A stretch of DNA of 64,000 bases from positions 8,370,001 through 8,434,000 of the forward strand of contig OX597842.1 in the NCBI GenBank assembly GCA_951406725.2, written 5' to 3'. This DNA comes from Octopus vulgaris. Taxonomy: Eukaryota. Position 1 is the stretch's first letter, and each line of letters starts with the position of its first letter. Of the stretch, positions 54,640 through 64,000 are shown in pieces. A model generated the notes under the pieces. That model made no database searches. It was not told the origin of the DNA and saw only the letters and a program-made list of their open reading frames with translations. The position numbers and the translations under genes are program-made.

Positions 54640-55326
54640 AGGAGAGGAAAAATTATGAGGCAGAATGCTAAATTGAAAGTAAATTTTAATAAAAATGGGT
54701 GTATGAAAAATTAAAAAAGAAAAAAATAATAAATCAAACCAGCCTTCATTGCAGGGCAAATTTTCAAGATTTGGAAGGGGAAAAAAATTTTTTTTTAATT
54801 GAGGAAGGGGAAAAAAAGAAATTTACAATGTTTTTTTCAAAAAAATAATAATACATATATACAAAAATTAATAAATAAGTATAGCAATACATTGTCGAGT
54901 CTTTATGCTTTTAGAGTTCAATGGAAAAACTTTAGAGTCCCTGGAAAAACTTCCTCCAAAGAAGTTATTCCAAGGGATGATGAAAATTGTACGTTGATAA
55001 AATAAATCAAACAGCATTTCAACTCTGTGTGAATATATGTGTGTGTGTGTGAATGTGTGTGTGTCTGTTTGTGTGTATGTGTGCGCGCGCAATGAAAGTG
55101 GGATGGTTCATCTTTGTTCGCTTAATATTTGGATTTATTCTTTGATTTGACTGAATATTAGTTGGCCTTTTTCTTTCTTTTTTTTTTGTTGGTCAGTTAT
55201 TTTTAGCGTTTTGAAGGAAAAAAGTCATTCTAAAATTTTTTTAACGTAAGCGTGCCCAAACAAGTCGAATGCTTACACAGAGCAGGTTTTACAAACCGAC
55301 CGGGTGAAACCGGGCTCAGCTGTTAG
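54640..55326 (+). mobile_element. Possible second Helitron-like family
   Basis: 3' hairpin ccgggtgaaaccgg then gttagt; interior homologous to 19390-19670. Confidence 0.45.
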
Positions 55327-55332
55327 TATATA

Positions 55333-55571
55333 TACTCTTTTACTCTTTTACTCTTTTACTGTTTTACTCTTTTACTTGTTTCAGTCATTTGATTGCGGCC
55401 ATGCTGGAGCACCGCCTTTAGTCGAGCAAATCGACCCCGGGACTTATTCTTTGTGAGCCCAGTACTTATTTTATCGGTCTCTTTTGCCGAACCGCTAAGT
55501 GACGGGGACGTAAACACACCAGCATCGGTTGTCAATCAATGCTAGGGGGACAAACACAGACACACAAACAT

Positions 55572-55614
<43 letters not shown>

Positions 55615-55771
55615 TACGACGGGTTTCTTTCAGTTTCCGTCTACCAAATCCACTCACAAGGCATTGGTCGGCCCGGGGCTATAGCAGAAGACACTTGCCC
55701 AAGATGCCACGTAGTGGGACTGAACCCATGTGGTTGGTTAGCAAGCTACTTACCACACACCCACTCCTGCG

Positions 55772-55773
<2 letters not shown>
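55333..55773 (-). mobile_element. SINE family A, full length
   Basis: Match. Confidence 0.9.
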
Positions 55774-55834
<61 letters not shown>

Positions 55835-55899
55835 GTATGATGTAAAACAATGCGATGGATTGAAATAAGTTGGTAATTCAAGTCATACAGTAAGTGCTT

Positions 55900-57022
55900 T
55901 GGTGGCGCTGGTTGTTGTTGTCAAGGCCCGTGGTGGTGGTGGCGGTGGTGGTTCGGCCTCCAGTAAAGGAAGTAGTGGAGGTAAAAGCGGGAGCGGGTGG
56001 GGTGGGAGGGTTTCGGAAGAGTGGAGTGAGAGACGGGGGGGTGTATTATTAGCTGAGTATGACGAGCGACGGGGTGGGTGGAGTTTTTAATGATAATTAG
56101 GTGTGTGTGTGTGTGGAGGTTGTAATACTGACGATAATTGGTGGTGATATTTTGAAATAGGTGGTGGTGGTGGTGGTGGTGGTGGTGGTGGTGGTGGTGG
56201 TGGTGGTGGTGGTGGTAGTTCTCGTAGTGGTGGCCGACAATTATGATGATAGTGGTAGCGGTGTTGGTGTTGGTGGTGATGCTGGGTGGTGATGCTGGTG
56301 AGTATAGTTATGGTAATAGTGGTAGTGGTGGTGGTTGTGGTGGTTATGGTGGTAGTGAAGTGGTGGTGGTGGTGGTGGTGGTGGTGGTGGTAGTGGTAGT
56401 GGTGGTGGTCATGGCCGTAGTGCTGGTGCTGTATTTAAGGGATCGTGGTGATGGTGGTTGTTTGTTGTTGATGGTGTTGTTGGTGGCGGTGGTGGTAATG
56501 GCGGTGGTCGTGATTATGATACTAATTGTAACAATATGGAGGTAGTATTGCAAGTGCGTAGTGGTGGGGATGGTGGTTGTGGTAATGGTGGTGGTAATGG
56601 TGGTAGTAATGGTGGCGGTGGTGGTGGTGGTGGTGGTGGTGGGTGGTGGTGGTGGTGGTGGTGGTGGTGGTGGGTGGTAGTGGTGGCGGTGGTGGTTTAT
56701 TTAATAGGGTTGTCGTGGTGGTGGTGATCCCGTTGAGGGCGGTAGGGTTGGTGCTGATAATTAAGAAGGGTGCGGGTGAAAGTGTGGGAGTGAGTGGTGT
56801 TCATTTAAGGTTTATTTAAGGGGGCCCCGTGGTGATGGCGGTTTCGCTAACTGTGGTGGTGGCGATAATGGTGATGGTGCAACTGGTAATTATGTAGAAG
56901 AGGGACAAATTTGTGTATGGGGGTGGGGAGAGGAGTGAATGACTTGTGTGTATTTTAGGGCAAAAGGAGGGGTGGGGTGGTGGTGGTGGTGGTTATTGTT
57001 CTTGTGGCGGCGGTGGTTGTGG
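55900..57022. repeat. (GGT)n-rich low-complexity region
   Basis: Direct reading. Confidence 0.85.
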
Positions 57023-57029
57023 TAAATAT

Positions 57030-57435
57030 ATTTATTTCTTTATTGCCCACAGGGAGCTAAACATAGAAGGGACAAGCAAGAACAGACAAAGGGATTAAGT
57101 CAATTACATCGACCCCAGTGTGTAACTGGTACTTATTTAATCGACCCCGAAAGGATGAAAGGCAAAGTCGACCTCGGCAGAATTTGAACTCAGAACGTAG
57201 TGACAGACGAAATACCTATTTCTTTGCTACCCACAAGGGGCTAAACATAGAGGGGACAAACAAAGACAGACGAAAGGATTAAGTCGATTATATCGACATC
57301 AGTGCGTAACTGGTACTTAATTTATCGACCCCGAAAGGATGAAAGGCAAAGTCGACCTCGGCGGAATTTGAACTCAGACGAAATACCGGTAAGCATTTCG
57401 CCCGGCGTGCTAACGATTCTGCCAGCTCACCGCCA
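57030..57435 (-). mobile_element. SINE family B, two internal units
   Basis: Reverse-complement match. Confidence 0.85.
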
Positions 57436-57461
57436 TTTTGGCCAGCTCGCCGTCCTATTGA

Positions 57462-57845
57462 TGGAAGCACTCCGTCGGTTACGACGACGAGGGTTCCGGT
57501 TGATCCGAATCAACGGAACAGCCTGCTCGTGAAATTAACGTGTAAGTGGCTGAGCACTCCACAGACACGTGTACCCTTAACGTAGTTCTCGGGGATATTC
57601 AGCGTGACACGGAGAGTGACAAGGCCGGCCCTTTGAAATACAGGTACAACAGAAACAGGAAGTAAGAGTGAGAGAAAGTTGTGGTGAAAGAGTACAGCAG
57701 GGATCACCACCATCCCCTGTCGGAGCCTCGTGGAGCTTTAGGTGTTTTCGCTCAATAAACACTCATAACGCCCGGTCTGGGAATCGAAACCGCGATCCTA
57801 TGACCGCGAGTCCGCTGCCCTAACCACTGGGCCATTGCACCTCCC
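57462..57845 (-). mobile_element. SINE family C, full length
   Basis: 3' half shared with 13741-14058, 5' half shared with 36370-36628. Confidence 0.8.
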
Positions 57846-58044
57846 GCGTCCTATTACAAGGTTGATGGCGAGAAAATATATTTAAGGGTCATGCGTGGGA
57901 AACTAGTGATCGTGGTAATGGTGGTGGTGGTGGTGGAAGAGACTCTTGCCACCTTATATTGGTATGACAACCACAGCTACTATTTCCTTCAAGTGTCCCT
58001 ACTGTTAAAAATAGAGTGAGTGCGCGCACTCGTTTGGTCAATAG

Positions 58045-58215
58045 GTATTTGTGGTTGCGAAGCATGGATTCTGAATGAATTTGAAGAGAATATAATCAAT
58101 GGGTTTGGTATGTGGGTGTATAGGAGAATGTTACGAGTTTCTTACAAGGACCATCGGGCATACGATTGCGTGTTACAACAGATAGGTGAAAGATAACAAC
58201 ACTTGAGCAATATCA
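58045..58215 (+). mobile_element. Degraded RTE LINE fragment
   Basis: CGCEAWILNEFEENIINGFGMWVYRRMLRVSYKDH; same family as 18960-19135. Confidence 0.7.
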
Positions 58216-58495
58216 ACGATTGGACAAGAGTGGCAAGGCAGCTGGAGAGCTTGTGCTTAATTGGGAAGACATCCGTTGTAGTATCATCAATGCGCTGTGT
58301 ATATGTGTGTGTATCTGTGTTTGTCCCCCCCCCCAACCAATGCTGGTGTGTTTACGTCCCCGTAACTTAGCGGTTCGGCAAAACAGACCGATAGAATAAG
58401 TATTAGGCTTACAAAAAATAAGTCCTAGGGTCAATTTGCTCGACTGAAGGTGGTGCTCCAGCATGGCCACAGTCACATGACTGAAACAACTAAAA

Positions 58496-58529
<34 letters not shown>

Positions 58530-58644
58530 CTGTATGTATGTATATATGTATGTATTATGTCTCTTCGATTTTTTAATTATAAATCTTTTTCAACAAAGCT
58601 ACAAGGCTCCATCTTTGGGATATAGTTAACACAGAACAATTCAC

Positions 58645-58646
<2 letters not shown>

Positions 58647-58675
<29 letters not shown>

Positions 58676-59110
58676 TGTATGTATGTATGTATGTATGTAT
58701 GTATGTATGTATGTATGCATGTAAGTATGTATGTATGTATGTATGTATGTATGCATGTATACATGTAAGTATGTATGTACGTATGTATGTATGTATGCAT
58801 GCATGCATGTATGCATGTATGTATGTATGTGTGTATGTATGTATGTATGTATGTATGCATGTATGTATGTATGTGTGTATGTATGTATGTATGTATGTAT
58901 GTATGCATGTATGTATGTATGTGTGTATGTATGTATGTATGTATGCATGCATGCATGTATGCAAGTATGTATGTATGTGTGTATGTATGTATGTATGTAT
59001 GTATGTATGTATGTATGCATGTATGTATGCATGTATACATGTAAGTATGTATGTACGTATGTATGTATGCATGCATGCATGCATCCATGTATGTATGTAT
59101 GTATGTATGA
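58647..59110. repeat. (ATGT/ATGC)n array
   Basis: Direct reading. Confidence 0.95.
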
Positions 59111-59525
59111 GCTGAGATTCGGACAACATTAACATGGAACAAAGTGAAGAGGATAGCAGATCAAGATGGCGGGTAAAGAACGCAATAGATGGACAATATC
59201 AAGTTCTAGTCGGATAAGCGTAGCAAGGTTGCTAGAGAATTCGCGCTTTCGTTGTGACGTCACAATGCACAGCAGACGTGCGATAAATGGCTGCGACAAA
59301 CGTGAGTGTCCTGACTGCTGACACAAATGCGAGGAATTTATTCCATGCTGCCACAATTCTGTAACATTGTATTCCGCGCCAAAATAGTTTAACGACCGCC
59401 GAACAGTTAGGCTTTTCTTTCTACTTCCTTGGAAATGAGGTTAATTAGTTATATATTTGGTACATACAGCTCGCTAATTATTATTCCCGCCCACAAAATC
59501 AAAAGGCATTTTTTTTCTAAGTGAT

Positions 59526-60005
59526 AGGCGCAGGCGTGGCTGTGTGGTAAGTAGCTTGCTTGCCAACCTCATGGTTCTGGGTTCAATCTCACTGCGTGGC
59601 ACCTTGGGCAAGTATCTTCTACTATAGCCTCGGGCCGACCAAAGCCTTGTGAGTGGATTTGGTAGACGGAAACTGATGGCAGAATCGTTTGCACGCCAGG
59701 CGAACTACGTTCTGAGTTCAAATTCCACCGAGGTCGACTCTGCCTTTCATCCTTTCCGGATCGATTAAATAAGTACCAGTTACGCACTGGGGTCGATATA
59801 ATCGACTTAACCACTTTGTTCCTTCTGTGTGTAGCCCCTTGTGGGTAGTAAAGAAATAAGTATTTTGTTTGTCGCTACGTTCTGAGTTCAAATTCCGCCG
59901 AGGTCGACTTTGCCTTTCATCTTTTCGTCTGTCCTTGTTTGTCCCCTCTATATTTTTCCCTTTGTGGGCAATAAAGAAACAAGACGGAAACTGAAAGAAG
60001 CCCGT
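59526..60005 (+). mobile_element. SINE A head with nested SINE B (59677-59981)
   Basis: 13-bp TSD agacggaaactga at 59664-59676 and 59982-59994. Confidence 0.85.
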
Positions 60006-60060
<55 letters not shown>

Positions 60061-60160
60061 CTGACCCAAGTCACCTATGATCAAAGATATTCCAGCTGTG
60101 ACCATCTCATCTTTATCCAGATGTAATATATTTAAAATTACATAGTCTAAGTCATTCGTA

Positions 60161-60340
<180 letters not shown>

Positions 60341-60420
60341 GGTGACTTATAACCAACGACTACAGACAATGTGTGTATGTGCGTGTACGTATGTAAATGT
60401 ATATAGTTAGATAGATATAA

Positions 60421-60584
60421 GACGGGCTTATTACTGTTTCCGTCTACCAAATCAACTCATAAGGTTTTGGTCAGCCTGAGGCTATAGCAGAAGACACTTG
60501 CCTAGGGCTCAAATGCTGTGGGACTGAACCCTGAACCATGTGATTGGAAAGTAAGCTTTCCACCATACAACCATGCCTGTGCCT
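60421..60584 (-). mobile_element. SINE family A 5' half, diverged
   Basis: Head match. Confidence 0.75.
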
Positions 60585-60884
60585 ATAAATTAGGGGTTTT
60601 AAAACGCCGAAAGGCTATGAACCCCATTCCCTGACTAAAACAGGAATTAAAGGGATCTTTTAGTAAAAAAAAAAAAAAAAGAAAAGAAAATAGTTGAGAA
60701 GCACATTCCTAGATAGTCGCTAGACATGCTAAAAATAGCAGCCAAACTCTTTCAAATCATGCTTTCCGGTAAAAAAAGAAATAAAGAAGGAAAAAAAGAA
60801 AAAATGGGAAGAGTTTTAACTTTGAAATGCACAATCTGGGTTGACTTCGTTTTTAATGGAGTAAGGTGCGAATTGCGGTTCATT

Positions 60885-62457
60885 TAACTGTTGTTTCTGG
60901 CATATCTATTGACGATATCGTCTGCAAGTTTTAAGACTATAGCAATGGGATTTGTATAAGATTTGGCTGTTGTTTCCTGTCGACAAATTTTAAACCAATA
61001 GCTGTGTGATTCGAGGAAGATTTGACTGTTAGTTCCAGCATATCTATGAACCACATCGTCGGCAAGTTTTAAGACAATAGCTGTCTTATTTGAGAAAGAT
61101 TTGGCTGTTGTTTCCAGCGTATCTATGGACCACATCGTCGGCAAGTTTTAAGACAATAGCTGTCTTATTTGAGAAAGATTTGGCTGTTGTTTCCAGCATA
61201 TCTATGAACCACATCGTCGGCAAGTTTTAAGACAATAGCTGTCTTGTTTGAGAAAGATTTGGCTGTTGTTTCCAGCATATCTATGGACCACATCGTCGGC
61301 AAGTTTTAAGACAATAGCTGTCTTATTTGAGAAAGATTTGGCTGTTGTTACCAGCATATCTATGGACCACATCGTCGGCAAGTTTTAAGACAATAGCTGT
61401 CTTATTTGATAAAGATTTGGCTGTTGTTTCCAGCATATCTATGGACCACATCGTCAACAAATTTTAAGACAATATCTGTGTGATTCGAAGATTTCGCTGT
61501 TGTTTCCAGCATATCTAGGGATCACATAGAGACTCCCCACATCGGCAGGAAGTTTTTAGACAGTAGATACGTGCTTTGAGGGATATTTTGCTGCTATTTC
61601 TAGCATGGTCTACTGAATATGTAAAAGCTAGTCCCATCCTTCCATTTTAAGTCAGTAGATAGTTGAGAGTGATTTGACTTCTATTTCTAGCTTAGTCTAC
61701 TGAGTTCGTCGAAGCTAGCTTCAGCCTTTCTTTTTAACACAATTGCGAGTTGAGAAGGGAAGGGGGTTAGCTGCTATTTCTAGCATGGTCTATTAGAAGC
61801 TAACCTCATCTTTTCGTCTTAAAGCAGATGTATGTTGAGGGAGATTTGGCTGATATTTCTAGCTCCATCTACTGTGTACCTCGAAGTTAGCCTCATCTTT
61901 TCATCTTAAGACAATAGAGGTTTGAGGGAAATTTGGCTGCTGTTTCTAGCTTGATCTACTGTACGCGTAGAAGCTAGCTTCATCTTTTTGTCTCAAAACT
62001 GTTGTAAGTTCAGGGAGATTTGGGTACTATTTCTAGCATAGTCTACCGAGTAGGTAGAAGCTAGCCTCGGTTTTTCATCTTAAGACAGTAAAGAGTAGGG
62101 AGAGATTTGGCTGCTATTTCTTATTTAGTCTACTGAGTATGAGAAGCTGACTTCGTTTTTTTCTCGTCTTAAAACGATATAGAGACTTGAGAGAAATATT
62201 GGCTGCTATTTCTAGCATGAAATAGCTAGCGAAGTGAATGAGATTTTGGCTGCTATTTCTAGCATGAAATAGTCGCTATTGAATACGTAGAAGCTAGCCT
62301 CATCTTTTCAAGTCTTAGAGAAGTGAAGGAGATTTTAGCTGCTATTTCTAGTATGGTTTACTGTATATTTAAAGGCTAGCTGCGACCTTTCGTTCTAAGA
62401 TTATAGGAAGTTTTAAAGGTCTAGCTGCTATTTCTAACATGTCTATCGACTACGTGG
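60885..62457 (+). repeat. Left arm of fold-back tandem array (homogeneous 79-bp units at 61025-61500)
   Basis: Core gagggagatttggctgctatttctagc repeated about 20 times. Confidence 0.9.
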
Positions 62458-62476
62458 TGGCACGCCCTTCTCCGTC

Positions 62477-64000
62477 CCACGTGGTCCTTAGTAGTCATGC
62501 TAGAAATAACTGTTAAATCCTCCTCAAATCACAACTTCCGTTCATCAAGGAATCAACGAGTAGAGCCCCCTCGTAGTCTGTAATAGTACTACTAGAAACA
62601 GCAGCCAAATCTCCCTCAAATTATATCACATACCATTTAAAAAGGAGTCGGGGAGTAGAGCTTCCACGTGGTCAGTAGACATGCTAGTTATAGTAACCAA
62701 ATCTCCCTCCGATTTTATCCTGCACTGTTTAAAAAGGAGCTAAGGAAAAAGGCTCACACCTGGTCGGTATTCATGCTAGTAATAACAACCAAATCTCTTT
62801 ACTGTCTCAAAGCCTTAGGGTGGGGCTTACATGAGGACTGAGAAATGCGAGTTATAGTAGCTAAATTTCCCTCAAATGACAGCCTACAGTCTCATAAAGA
62901 AGTCTTGGAGTGGTGCTTACACAAGGACCTAAGACATGCTAATAATAGCAGCCAAATCTCCTTTCTTAAAAAGTATCGGGACGTGGCCAGCGGACATGCT
63001 AGTTATAGCAGCTAAATCTCCCTCAGATCATACACTACTATCTCAAAAAGAAGTTTCGGAATTGGGCCTACACGGGGACCCAATACGTGCTAGTAATAGT
63101 AGTCAAATCTCCTTACTTTCTTAAAAGAAGCCAAGAAGTGAAGTCTTCACATGGTCAGTGGACATGTTAGATATAGCAGCCAAATCTCCCTCAAATTACA
63201 TTAGTTTTTGTTTTAAGATGAAGCAGGGAGCAGGGGCTCCACGCAGTCGGTAGACATGCTAGTAATAATAGTCACATCTCAAATTACACCCTGCTATCTC
63301 AAAAAGAACCCTTACAGTGGAGCTAATATAGGGACCCAAGAGATGTTAGTTATAGCAGCCAAATCTCCCTCAAATGATACCCTACACTTTCAAAAAGAAG
63401 TCATGGAGTGGAACCAACATGTGGACCCAAGAAATGCTAGTTATAGCAGCCAAATCTCCCTCAAATGATACCCTACACTTTCAAAAAGAAGTCATGGAGT
63501 GGAGCCAAGATGGGGACCGAAGAAATGCTAGTTATAGCAGCCAAATCTCCTCAAATGATACCCTACACTTTCAAAAAGAAGTCATGGAGTGGAACCAACA
63601 CGTGGACCCAAGAAATGCTAGTTATAGCAACCAAATCTCCCTCAAATGATAACCTACACTTTCAAAAAGAAGTCGTGGAGTGGAGCTAATATAGGGACCC
63701 AAGAAATACTAGCTATAGCAGCCAAATCTCCCTCAAATGTCGACATACTTCCTTAAAAGGAACCAAGGAGTGAAACCTTTATGTGGTCAGTGAGCATGCT
63801 AGTTATAGCAGCGAAATCACTCAGATTACATCATTTCCAGTTTAAGAAGGAACCAGGAGGCCCCACGTGGTCGGTAGACAAATTCTTACACCAGCCGGAT
63901 CGTTTTCAAATTACATTCTTTTGTCTCAAAAAGAAGTACCGTAGTAGGGCCCTACACGTGGTCGGTAAACATGCCGTAATAGCAGTAAAATTCCCCTCAA
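62477..64000 (-). repeat. Right arm of fold-back tandem array (homogeneous units of about 91 bp at 63340-63740)
   Basis: Core gctagttatagcagccaaatctccctcaaat is the reverse complement of the left-arm core; runs off the window. Confidence 0.9.

Noticed and set aside
61500-63300. CRISPR-like repeat-spacer pattern
   Set aside because: Eukaryotic context, degenerate repeats, related spacers, no cas genes

Overview
Eukaryotic, AT-rich and saturated with microsatellites ((TA)n, (CA)n, (ATGT)n, (ATCT)n, (ACC)n, (GAA)n). The SINE and LINE repertoire points to a coleoid cephalopod, most likely Octopus (recognised from memory, not from a database search). Almost all ORFs in the track are microsatellite artefacts. 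Supported content: (1) the 3' part of a spliced minus-strand gene the ORF track misses, with three phase-1/phase-1 exons (25069-25125, 21725-21916, 20479-20553), a terminal exon and a polyA signal, encoding a Lys/Arg/Asn-rich C-terminus of unknown family; (2) three tRNA-derived SINE families, about 35 copies or fragments; (3) 3' fragments of CR1-, RTE-, R4/Dong- and Hero-type LINEs; (4) a deleted piggyBac with TTAA/TIRs, a pogo/Tigger relic and non-autonomous Helitrons; (5) many short (TA)n-embedded elements with minimal type I hammerhead-ribozyme motifs of the Penelope kind, often arranged as inverted pairs; (6) 31-, 79-, 91-, about 157- and about 184-bp tandem arrays, including a kilobase-scale fold-back array at the right end. 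Most notable are the hammerhead-bearing mini-elements, the hidden gene, a SINE/LINE shared 3' hairpin with covariation, and unusually long flanking duplications. Repeat boundaries were read by eye and are approximate.
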